Source: Klebsormidium nitens
Taxonomy: Eukaryota; Plantae; Klebsormidiophyceae
Reading direction: 5' to 3'
Assembly: GCA_000708835.1 (NCBI GenBank)
Contig: DF237358.1
Location: 1 to 64,000 of the forward strand
DNA: 64,000 nt
In this document: piece by piece, positions 1-10,965 of the stretch
Layout: every line of letters begins with the position of its first letter
How positions within the stretch are numbered: position 1 is the first letter of the stretch
Notes under the pieces: generated by a model
Seen by the model: only the letters and a program-made list of their open reading frames with translations
Told to the model about the DNA's origin: nothing
Databases searched by the model: none
Position numbers and translations under genes: made by a program

Positions 1-1264
1 TGTGAGTGGCTCAAATTTAACACCGAACTTCATTTGGCTTGCTGATCACAGGTTGGCCAGAACAGGTTGCTGTACAACCAACTTCGGACGGTCGTCCGAA
101 CAAAACTTCCGGGCCGGCGGCGGTGGTCCGAAGCGCGGATTCCAAATTTGGCTCCGGACTTTCGAACTATCAAAATCGAAGAATTCGCGCAAAATCTTCG
201 ATTTCGATACGGTTCGATAGTGGAGTCAACTGAACGCGCGCGCCTGAAACGCGCACAAAGGTTCGGCGACAGCTTTTAGGACCGTCATGGCAATGTCGGT
301 CACGCTGAAGACCGACGGCCACGATTGGTCCATTGGCCCGACATTATCCATCGGACGGACGCGCTATGGACCCAGCTACAGTGCAGGCTGCTTGTGGAAA
401 TCGAACTGCCGCTGCCTAATTCGTGGCAACCGTAGCTAGACTTAGAGGATTAGACTCCACTGGCAAATGAGGGATTCGGGAATGAAAATTTTGGTTTTCG
501 GAGCTTTAAGAATTGTCACTTGACTCCTTAATTGAACCAGACTACAAAATAAACGAGATCTATTGCACGGTTTGCCCGTCATTAACCACTACGTCAGATT
601 AGCAAGTAGGTTGCTTTTATAGATATCATTTACAGCATACTGGCACAGCTTGTTTTGTTGCTTTTGTGTGTTGTGCCCTCAACCGTTTTTGATTCGCAGC
701 CGACTCAACAATTCAATACAATCATTGTGCGTGCAAATCAAATTACAATTGCAAAGCTTCAGAGGCTTCAATGGATGAGTTGGGAATTAAATACTGTTGG
801 CACTGAGTGGTAAAGCAATCTACAATTATTGTTGGCATGACCCGGGAGCTACATTCAAGCTCATGCTGTTACCGTCTCTACTCCAATCTTTGGGATTGAA
901 TAGCTCATATTATAAAGTGCACTAGTGATACAATTCACAGGTGCATGTCGGACAAACGCGCATGCTCCAACAAATGTCCAATGGCTGCACCGACCAAACA
1001 TATAGACTCATGCAAAGGTAGACTCCCAACTAAATTCGGTTAAAGTAAACCGGCATTAAATTAACCATGACAACATGTCCGACCACAGAACCCTAACTGC
1101 CTTACCCTCCTCAAGCAAAAAACGTACTGGTCAATCCGCAAGACCTGACCCCAGCTAGGCTGTTTGCACATTTGCAGAACCTCTATGGTGGCGAGCGAAG
1201 CTGAGGCTAGGCGGAGTTAAGAGGCTTGCTGCTACTGTAGAGGTATCTGTTGGTAGAGGTTCAG

Positions 1265-4200
1265 ATGTCGTCCTCACCTTTTCCCACATGGGGGGGGGAT
1301 GGAGCAAGAGCTGTGAGGAAGCGCAAGCGCCTGTCGCTGATTGCGCAGCAAGCTGCAGAGGCTACTTTCGTGGCAACTGTGGTGGTAGCGGCGGAAGACG
1401 CCGCAAAGCAGGGGGCAGCGGCAAGAGAGAGGGATGCCGCAGCGCGCGCGTCTAGGGCAGCCACTCAAGCTCGGGTTGGGGGACGATTCTCAAAGGCTTC
1501 CACAAGCCAATGCGGGGGTTCAGGGATGACGGTGCGGCCAGCGGAGCAGCAATTGCGTCTGGAGAACAGAAATGTGAAGGCGGAGTTAGCAAAGATGATC
1601 AAGGACAGAAATGCGGAAAAGCGGGAGGAACAAACACCGGCAGAAATAGAGAAAGAGAGAGACGAGCTTAGGGTCAAGCTGGCTCAAAAGGAAAAACAAC
1701 ACAGAATACTGCGGAGAAAGTTCCAGGCCCTCCAATTCGTACACCGCAAAACAGCAGCTGAACTGGCTGTAGGAAATCCCCCTCCCCCACGCCCCATCGG
1801 TGGGGATTCTGCCCCTACTCTGCTTAAGATGGCGGCTGAGCTGAACTCTTTCTTGGAGACAAGATTTGCAAGCCCAGCTGATATCCAAAAGGGCCTTCTT
1901 GAGCACTACTCCCGCAACCGGCACCTCTATTCCCTCATCCTCCAATCTGAGATTACCCAGAACCAATTCGACGAGGTCTGCGCGCGCAATCCAGCGTGGT
2001 GCCAGACTACACAACGGGATTTCGTCAAGGAGATCACTGCCCACTACACTCTAGCTCGGTGCCTCACATTCCAGATCATCTGCCGGGTGGGCCATCAGGA
2101 AAAGTACCAGGACGCAATCAACCTGTTGGCTAAGGTCTTCAACACAAAAACCAAGAAGTGGGACCGGGTTGAGATTGGATACAAGGGGGGGCCTAAGGAG
2201 AGTAGGCTCCACATACCTCTCCTCAAGAGCAAAAACGAAGTTAGCAAGTTCCGGAAGGAGATCCACGCAAAAAACCCGGTGCTGCAAGACGAAGACGGGA
2301 CGGCGGCGTGGCTGCAGGACCTCCCGGCCATCCTTGAGGAGGACATTGTCAACGAGCGCACCCGCGGGTACCTGGAGAGCAGGAAGGGGTTGAGCGAGGA
2401 CGAGCTGCGGGTGCACTTTGGGGGCGATGCGGCGAGCTACTTCAGGGCTGTGAGCACCAGCAAGTTTGCGGTTAAACTGATTGTAGACGGGCAGCAGGTT
2501 AACCATAACCCAAGGAGCATGCGGAGCCTTCTCCAGTTCGAGGGGAAAGACAGTTACGAGACGTGCAAGCGGTACTACAGCCCTTTCATTCCGGTGATAG
2601 ACCAGCTTCAAAAGGAGGGCATCGAGGTGGACAACACCCACTACAAACTTATCCTCACACTCGGGGGCGACTACGTCTGGCTTGCGGAGATTCATGGCCA
2701 CTCCGGCCACTCGCACACCAGCGGCTGCCTATTCTGTTACTGCCCCAAGTCCAACTATGGGGCAGTCGTGGTCAAGAACGGGCGGCGCGTTCCAGAGGGA
2801 ACACGGCGCAGAACCACAGAAGAGATGCACGCAGGCGCTCACAGGCCCCTTAAAACAGGGCCAAACGAAAAATGCCCCCACTGGCCCCAGCGCTTCCCTG
2901 ACCAGGCGACCGTAGACGCACTCCCCGGACCCCAAAACAAAAACCAACATAAAGATTACGCCACCACTCACCACGGAATGAGGTTTGGAACACTGGCCCC
3001 CCTCCTGCCCATTGGCATCCTCGCCGTCTACCTCTGCATCCTCCACACACTACTGCGTTTGGCAGCCACCACATTCCAGCGCACAATCGAGTCCAACCTG
3101 AACACGCAGGAGAAAGTGGACATCATCAACGACTTCATCAAGAAACTGAACCTGGGGTGCAAGAAAGTTGTAATCCGAAAGAGAGACGGGAACTCGAAGA
3201 AAGACACGGAGGCAATCAACTTCATTGGGCGGTGAGTGACAACAAAACCTAAGCTCCTTTTTTGATACTTCGACTTTGTACCATCATGCCTCAACGTTCC
3301 AGCTCAAGCTCAAGCACAGCTGCAGCTCCAATTGGAGCAGAACTGATCATCACATGAGCCCCAATTCAGTAGCTCGCCCAACTGCTCAGCACTCGCACAA
3401 GGAATTCCCAAAATTAACCCAACCGTCAACCTACAAAAGCTATCTTCAACCCAAAATCACCCCCTGATCAGCGGAGTCATCAGATGTAGCTGGGGTTATT
3501 TAAGGGCAGCTCAGGCTTTTCCAGCACCTAAGGATTCGTGCGCCGCGCTCACCTGCCGCATCTGCTCGTCTTGCTGGCCTTCTTGCTTTGTCTTCTGAAG
3601 CTGCGGGCCCATGTGGCCAATCTCCAGGTCGCGCAATTGTCCCTTCTCATTCCCAGATCGTGTGCTCTTATTACACTTCAGATCCCAATAACAGATTGTC
3701 TCCCGAAGCTTTCTCCTTCAATCTTCTGAAGTTGCGGGCCCTTCTTGCCTCTGTCTTGTGCACACAGAATGCCTCTGAGATCTCACTGCTTGGAAGGCCG
3801 CAAAAAGGCAGCAATCTGAATCCTAGAACTCGTGATTGGAAGAATAGAGCACATAGCAAGAGCAGAACAGCAGTTGACAAGAGGAGCATTGACAAGACTG
3901 AGCACTGAAGCAAAGAAAACCTTGAAAGAAACATGTATCTTACAAGCAGGAAAGTATGTTTCTTTCTCTACTGGAGGGCAAAAGCAAGCTCAACAGATCA
4001 GATCACTGCTTGTGACTCATGACTGGAGCTCAAATCCTCTTTTCTTCCTTGTCTTGTGTAGGGAGGCGCTCGTGATCCTGGACGAGAGGGTGTACACAAG
4101 AATCTGTGAGTCGGTCATCGACGAGCCTGACAAGCGAGCAACCTGCATCTTGGTGTGGGCCTCGCTTGCGGCGTTCAACCGGGAGCTCCGTGCTCCTATG

Positions 4201-4677
4201 CTAAACCCCAAGGATGTGGCCCAGCGCACAGCAAAATCTATTCTGGTGCAGAACCTAGCAGTCGGATTCGTTGACGCCTACACAATGGCAGGGTTTGGGG
4301 ACATGTGCACCCTCTATATGCACCTCAGCATGGAGCACATCCCTGAGCAGATTCGAGGGCTGCCGTTAGATCTGAGCGTGGTATCCCAGCAGGGGCTTGA
4401 GCACCTTTTGAAGATGGGAAAAACGGATGCTCACCTGTTCTTCAACAAGCGGAAGCGGGGGGATGGGCAGGAGTCAGGGAGAAACCAGCAGGTTCTGCAC
4501 AAGGAGCAGGAGCGGAAGAGGATGAAGGCGGAGATTGCCCTGCCGAAAGGAAGAACGGAAAGGAGGATGGATGCGGACCAGGATATCCTTGCCCGAAATA
4601 AGGTGGATCGAGCAGAAGCCAGGGGAGTCTTGAGCAGGACGGACGAGATGATAAGAAAGCGGGTGGAAAAGGCATAG
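1265..4677 (+). CDS. RAG1-core/Transib-like DDE transposase, ~860 aa; exons 1265-3231 and 4062-4677
   Basis: GT-AG intron 3232-4061 (gtgagt...ttgtgtag) joins the two ORFs in frame as INFIGR-EALVILDER. Motifs: VHFGGDA (D388, nt 2426), LGGDYVWL (D469, nt 2669), GCLFC (C488/C491), CILHTLLR, TLYMHLSMEHIPEQI (H743/H748), SQQGLEH (E769, nt 4399). N-terminal RKRKR NLS-like motif and a coiled coil. Confidence 0.85.
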
Positions 4678-5403
4678 CCAGCCCTCCAGCTCCTTCTGCA
4701 AGCGCACAATGCGACGCGGGCCTTTCACAGCAGCGATATGGAGGTTGAGCCTGAGGTTGTGGAACCCACCTTTGTTGCCGGCGCGCTGCAAGGCAGCAGC
4801 CTTTGGGATCCCCCTGGGTTGAGTGCGGCTTCAAGCATTGCTGCAGGGAGTGGCTTGCCTGATCGTGGCTTCGCTTCCGCGAGCAGAAACGCTCAAAACG
4901 TGCCAGGTTTCGGGGGGGAGCCTCCGTCGGCTGCGAGGGGTGCAGGGGGGAGTACGGGCAGCGGTGGTGGGAGTCTGCGTAACGGAGGTTTGGGCGGGGC
5001 AGGGATTCCAACTCCGAAGGCTGGCGGAGTTGGGAGCGGGGGGGCGGGCTTGGCGGAAGGGTTGATAGATGTCTCGGCAGGGGAGGTGGAAGGGATGGGG
5101 GCGGAGGTTGGTCGGGGTGGGGGCCAAACTGGCCAGCGAGGCCACGTTGGCCAATTGGATGGGCGAGCAGGGAATGGGGCAGGCGCGCCAGACGCGCTCC
5201 TCCCAGGAACATCGGAAGTTGGTTTGGAAGCTGGCAGGGCACCGGGGACAGGGCCGTTTGCCGCTGGCCCTACACCCTCCTCCAATGGTACAAGGGCAGG
5301 GAGGGGGAGAGGCAGAGGCAGGGGGGCAGTTGGCAGGGGTGGTGGAAGCAGAGTCACGCGGGCTGGGAGGAGGATCCCTGCGTCTGCAAGGATGCAAAGT
5401 TGA
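4678..5403 (+). CDS. Gly/RGG-rich in-frame continuation of the transposase beyond a single TAG (possible original C-terminal tail)
   Basis: The frame stays open from 4678 to TGA 5401-5403 in the transposase frame and contains RAGRGRGRGRGAVGRGGG. AATAAA at 5433-5438 follows the TGA. Confidence 0.45.
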   Translation, partial: PALQLLLQAHNATRAFHSSDMEVEPEVVEPTFVAGALQGSSLWDPPGLSAASSIAAGSGLPDRGFASASRNAQNVPGFGGEPPSAARGAGGSTGSGGGSLRNGGLGGAGIPTPKAGGVGSGGAGLAEGLIDVSAGEVEGMGAEVGRGGGQTGQRGHVGQLDGRAGNGAGAPDALLPGTSEVGLEAGRAPGTGPFAAGPTPSSNGTRAGRGRGRGRGAVGRGGGSRVTRAGRRIPASARMQS

Positions 5404-5807
5404 TTGTTGCTTCACTGTAGATGTTTGCGTTCAATAAATTGAAAGCCTTGCTGTTCTCAAAAACAAAACTTATAGGAAAAAACATTGACAATGTAAAGCT
5501 ACAGTGTTGTTAGCTGACCAGTTCACACTTGGCTTCCTTCGATACCGTCATATGGATATCTGCATAGATCTTGCATGATCAGCATCAAAAATGTGTTATG
5601 CATACCCTGCACACGAGCCTATGCTTCAAGGATTGTCACTCCTCTGCAATGTGTACAGTGCCCAGCGGTTCCAATGTTGTGCCCACCAAATGCGGCTGAT
5701 GGCGAGTAAGCATCTGGTTCAAAGGATTTTGATTCTGGCTCTGATGTAGAAGTTTTAAAAAGGCTGCCAAATGTAAGAAGCTCAAGCAGAAAGCACGCAA
5801 GCTTTTG

Positions 5808-7016
5808 TCACCCAATGTGGGCTCGAAAAGTTAACTTGGTTATCAGCCCTGGCCAGCAGCCTCGTGAACAAAGACCAGAAGGACAGCTTTTGATCAGCCA
5901 ATTGAGCTGGAAATCACCTTCTCCAGAGGCGCCATCTTCAATTTGCTGCAGCTCTCTCCCAGACCGCAGCTTGAACGCCTCGTAAGGATTGGACGCTAGA
6001 TGTATCCGCCAGGGAGACAGCTCCTGGAGCTCATCGAATTGACCCCTCCGAGGCGCAGCAGGAACAGGAGGCGCGACAGGAACATGGAGTGCTCTCGGCT
6101 CTGGGTGCAAAACGTGCGCGCGCCTTGACTCCCTCTCAGCGCGGGCTTCTTCAAACGCCTCTTCTGACGAGTACTTCCCTCGCAGCACCTGCTCTGACCT
6201 CTCAACCATGCCCAAATTGATAGGCATGTCCGGCATCCTTGCAGAAATCAAAGCCGCCAGGTCTCGAACTCTCGCCTCCACATGAGGCCAGCCTTCTGCA
6301 GGCTCGGGCATCCCCTCTGCCTTGTTAATCTCTCCGTGCTTGTTAAGCTTGACCCAGCCCTAAGTTATGGTCACATAGGGACCTTTGACAGCACTTTCGG
6401 AGTGGGTGGCTACAATGGGAGGAACCACAACCAGGAGCTCGCTGCCAATTCCTTTTTCTGGTTTGCAGAGTTTGGCGGCTTGATACCCCTTATCAGGATG
6501 GATGCCTCCGAACCCACAGAATCTCTCCACTGCCCACGTTGTCTCTAGGTACATAATGTTTGTCTCTCTAGCCGCCGTCGAGTAGGACTCCCCCTTCCGT
6601 TCCTTCCGAAACACTTGGTGCCAGATCCAGAAGTCGACAGGCGATTCAGACCTGTACTCAACCTCAGAATGGTAGGGAGATTCTACCCTATTCCAAAGTC
6701 TCCTGCGCCAGTTATCCCAGAAGGTTTTGCTGTCTACCACAACCTGAGATTGCTCTTCTGGCATCCTGACCACCCTCCTCTCCACAAACCCCTTTCCGCA
6801 TGTTGGGCACCGCATCGCTTCCCCATCAAGGGCCAGTCCGTGGTATGGACAGGACTGAATCTCTTTTGATGAGACTTGGTTTCGCGGCACCTGTTCTTTC
6901 TGCCTTTTCCTATTGTCCCTTTCAGCCTGGGTCAACAGTCTCTTAGGCTTTGGTGGATCTGCAAATCTTGGGCCCCCAATATTTTTCCTCTTTCCGGGCC
7001 GCTCTCCTCCCGCCAT
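5808..7016 (-). CDS. Transposon partner gene of unknown function, N-terminal CPYH-x10-CPTC Zn-finger-like motif; interrupted by one in-frame TAG (6362-6360)
   Basis: ATG at 7016 follows a pyrimidine-rich leader. ORFs 6360-7277 and 5808-6311 share a frame and are separated only by the TAG. An optional further Pro-rich exon (5386-4893) is reachable through a donor near 5915. Confidence 0.55.
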
Positions 7017-7273
7017 TGCCAAGAGAAAGAGGCGACGAGACGTAAAACCACCAAAAACACCTATTTGAGAGAGAGCTGCTCTCAAACTCCAGCACCTCCT
7101 TTTCACTTCTGAACAAACCCTGCGGTGAAAAGCTTCAGAAGACCCTTGCGGAGCACATGACCAACTTTCAGGAAAGGAAAAAAAATCTATGCCAAGATGC
7201 CACCGCAGAAACTGATTGGTGGTCTTGCATGGCTGCTCCTGACCATGCACCACAGATGACACGACTGGACAAG

Positions 7274-7636
7274 TCAAATTGCCTCAAGTTGCATCTTCCC
7301 GCTCAAATACGCGTCAGCAAGCCTGATCCTTCGCTCCTGTTCAAAGCTCCCCTCTTTCGCTTTCGAAATGGTCAACTGCGTCAGCAAAAACTGCTGTTTG
7401 AATAGCTCCTGCAACTTGCTCTCTGAAGCAGCTTTCACTGCTGTTCGGAGGTGTCCGCAGGGTGTCCGAAAGTTGGATCTTCCTTTTTCGAACACTGAAA
7501 ATTGATGTAAGAATTCCAAGCCAAACCGACGGCTCAGGATCATTCTTATCGCAGATCTGGAAGGCGGTCCTCGATCTGACGGTCGCGATTGATCTGGCCG
7601 TGATGGCTGTAAGTTGGTTGTGTTGCGTGCAAGCAC
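7274..7636 (-). CDS. Short ORF upstream of the partner gene (possible extra exon or third element gene)
   Basis: 120-aa ORF with a helical, charged second half (AVKAASESKLQELFKQQ...EQERRIRLADAY); an acceptor-like ttttcag lies inside it. No recognisable domain. Confidence 0.25.
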   Translation of the reverse strand: MLARNTTNLQPSRPDQSRPSDRGPPSRSAIRMILSRRFGLEFLHQFSVFEKGRSNFRTPCGHLRTAVKAASESKLQELFKQQFLLTQLTISKAKEGSFEQERRIRLADAYLSGKMQLEAI

Positions 7637-8140
7637 CAGTAGCTCGCCGACAGCTAGCCGAGCTCAATGATCATTAATGGTCCTCAATGATTGTGACGAA
7701 GGATGGTGCTCGGGCAAACCACAAACCAAAATCCTAAACCATTAAATGAAATACCTACGCGCTCCGCACTCGTCCGCACTACCCAGTACCGACCCTAACC
7801 CCCCCACTCAACCCTGTCCGTCTCCCGGGCACTCTCATTCGTCAACCCCAGTCAACACGATATCGAGAAATGGGCGTTCCCTCAAAAACTCAAAGTGGGC
7901 ATAGACGGAACAAGTTAGTCAAGTAACCATCAATTGGCATCGTGCGATACATTCAGCTCACGAGTGCTTGTCTGCCGTCCGTTCTGAAATGCACCCGCGA
8001 GTGCATACGCCCACCTTGACAGCGAGAAAGAGAGCACACCCCCTCAGCTGGGCCCGAGCGGTGATTGTGTGATCTGTTGTAGCGTCGAAGCAGCTCTAAC
8101 CTGTCTTCGTTCGTTGCAAGAGATCATTTGCCAAGCAGCC

Positions 8141-10015
8141 ATGGCGAATCCAGGCGCCTTGCAGCTGGCGGACTGCGTGAGTTGGTCGCAAAAGTATCCC
8201 AACTCTACCAGCGTGTGTTTGAACAAGTTTCACGAGTTCACTGCGTTCTCGCTGGGCTACATCTGCTCCCTTGCAGCAGTTCCTTTCGGGAGGGGAAGCA
8301 GGGGTGCCGCATTTACTAACAGGCAGAAAATTGCCCAGGCGTCATGGCTCATGATAGTGATCGCGCTTTTCTTGGGGTTGATGAGGCGGCGGGCGTTTCG
8401 ATACACGCAGAAGTCCACGGCGCAGATTCTCTGGGAGCCTCTGGCATTCTTCGCAAAGCTGCTCGCCATTGCATTCGCACCTCTCTTTGGCATCCTTGTG
8501 GGGGACATTGACCCGAACAGCAACCTGCTGGAAGTGTTGGTTTGGATTCTACCGGGCCTCTTGTTCCACCGCTACAGTCCTGAGATTATCGAGGACAACT
8601 CCCTAACGGGGATGCTCATCAACACAGTCACCTATGTTCCAGGACTGCTTACAGCAGCATTCAGTCTTTGGTCGGCGGGTGACTTCTCACTCCTGGCCCC
8701 TGAGGAGGTGTGGACAACCAGACACTACTTGCACGATCATAGCGCCAGCCTGGCGATCCGTGTTCTGGCTTCCATGACGATTGCTGTGGCGTTCCTTAGG
8801 CAGACTTTTGGTGCTTACACCAACCTTGTCTTGGCCACTAAGCGGCAGCAGCTAGATTATGACCTGGGTCGAGTGAATAAGAACAGGCGCCTCAGGAAAG
8901 ATAGGAGGAAGCGGCAGGAAGAACGCGACAGAATAATGCAGACCCTTTACAACACGAACGGGCTTCCCCGTCTCAGTGTAGACTTGGATTGGCATTCCTT
9001 CAAGAACCATGTGGTTCTAGCTACTGTAGAGGCCTTGACGTTTATACCCATCGGCGTGTTTGTTATCTGGACAACAACCTTTGTGAGAGGAGTCAGCTCT
9101 TGCTCGCTGAAGGACTCGCAGGCAGCCCCTCCTAGCTTCTTCACATGCCAAGCACTAGCATGTAACACACGGGACTTCAGCTGTGACCGCATTGCACAGG
9201 ATACTCCCACTCTGCTGGAGAAGGAGTTTTGCGACTCGCCATCTTTCAATGTAGCCATCTTCACGGGGTATCTGACTGTCGCATTCACAGCGGCATCCTT
9301 CCTGTGGCTCTTTGTCCAAGCTTGGGCAGTCTATCAGAATCACACTGACGAGAGCCGGCCTGCTTGCAACAAGAGGCTGCCAGAGGAAGTCAGGGGAGAG
9401 TTTGTCAACCAGGTTCAGCATCTTCTGGGGACGTTCCACTCCAGGAGAAGCATGGGGGCTCACTTCTTCGTGCCGTTCCTTATATTGAGTATCTGGTGGC
9501 CCCCGAGGTAAGAGCTTTGTCCACTCAATATCAGAAGAGCATAGGCATATGCCTTGACCACTCTGGTTTGTCTGGCGCTTACTGTTTGACGGCCGTATCT
9601 GGTTGCCACATGCAGATTGCCATGGTGTTTGAGCCTCTTTATCAACTAAGTCGCCGTCTTGCTAATCAGGCGGCTTTATAGGATTCACATTCTAGGTTTA
9701 TGTTGTAGTTGAAGGCCATTCATTTATTCATTCATCCTCATTGGGTTTCTGGTAGATGATCAGAAGGAATAAAGCCTCCAGCCTCGGAGTCCTCTTTCAT
9801 GTCTCCTGGTTTTAGTGATGCAGACAAAGCGGCCTCTTTCTCACCCGTTGTGCTTCAATTTGTCCAGGTCGCTGAGAACAGGCGCGAACCACGTTGCAGA
9901 TTTGGAAAATCCAGATACTTCGGATGCCACGGACGCGGATTCTGAGGTTGAACACTCTGACGGAGAGGATCTGGTAGAAGTCGAGATGCAGGAAACGAAC
10001 ACGAGTGGAAAGTAG
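8141..10015 (+). CDS. Uncharacterised multi-pass membrane protein; exons 8141-9507 and 9868-10015
   Basis: gccATGG start context, several hydrophobic segments, a basic cytosolic stretch and a Cys-rich loop. Phase-2 intron gtaag...tgtccag joins to an acidic C-terminal tail. Confidence 0.7.
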
Positions 10016-10965
10016 GAGCAAGGGGGCCTAAGTAGTGGGTGATATAGTGATAGACCTAGGGGACTTTAGTGCTACAAACCTACTTTTCTACGGTGTCGGA
10101 TAATGTTTTAGTAGGTGTTTGGCAATGTGGAACGAGTAGTTCATGCATGATTGTAACATGCCATGCATTGCGTGGGGTTATATTTATGGGCGGCCAGTTA
10201 GCGAGCCCATACTTTCACTTCGTACTAAGCTTCGTCATAATCGTAGTATAGTTAGTATTGCTAGCTGGCAGATTGACGTGACGTGTTTATGGAAGTTGGT
10301 ACACGTACACTAGTGTCTGAGTCCATGCACTGCCACCTGGGATGCAATCATTCAGACCGACCAGATGCCACATGTAATGATCATGAAGGACATCCAACTA
10401 GGGCGGACAAATGTCAGTCGACCCAAGTGACGTACTCTACGACGACTCAGCAGGCCCTAGCGTCCAATCGAAGGCTTCATCGCTCCGATCTTCAACGAGT
10501 TATTTTATTGCTCGATCAGTGCGCTCCACATTATAAGATGCTCAAAAAGTTGTTAAAGAATCCGTTCTTGCACGTTCCTTGGTGAGGGCCATGCACGCTT
10601 TTTCCAATCATTCAGATCACCATACATGCGATTGTGCAGAATACTCCTCCTGTGCGCGGACCATAATGAGATAGGTGGAAGTGTCGACCTGGCAGGTGTA
10701 TGCGCTCAATCATAACATAGCCTGCCAACGTTAAGTTTCATCCGGACTTGCCGTCACATAGTTCCCTAGCTGGATCCCCGGCAAGAGCTTAGGCCAGAAT
10801 TCACTCGAATAGGATCTCTGAGAACTATATTTGACGTGTATTACACAATCATTTGTACAGAGCCGCCCAGCTCAGATGCGGAAGCAGGCTACGTACATAT
10901 CTTGGACGAGTCTTGCTTTCAGGGCACAGCTTTCGGCATCTGAATAAATGCTGATTGAAAAACCC

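Larger units (their letters stand above)
1265..7016. mobile_element. Putative two-gene cut-and-paste DNA transposon of the Transib/RAG1/Chapaev (CMC-Transib) group; ends not located
   Basis: DDE transposase on + (1265-4677/5403) converges on a second gene on - (7016-5808). Both have long exons, unlike the host genes. No TIR or TSD was found by eye, so the coordinates cover only the coding span. Confidence 0.7.

Noticed and set aside
4675-6362. TAG reassigned to Gln in this genome
   Set aside because: Conserved host genes (RHM at 48952, HPPK-DHPS at 41567) end normally at TAG.
5808-7277. Partner gene as a RAG2 homologue
   Set aside because: No kelch/beta-propeller repeats and no PHD-type Cys/His pattern; only the convergent layout resembles ProtoRAG.
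920-10316. CACTAGTG near 920 and 10309 (and TAGTG cluster at 10033-10071) as CACTA/Transib termini
   Set aside because: The inverted match does not extend beyond 8 bp and the flanks show no 3-5 bp target-site duplication.
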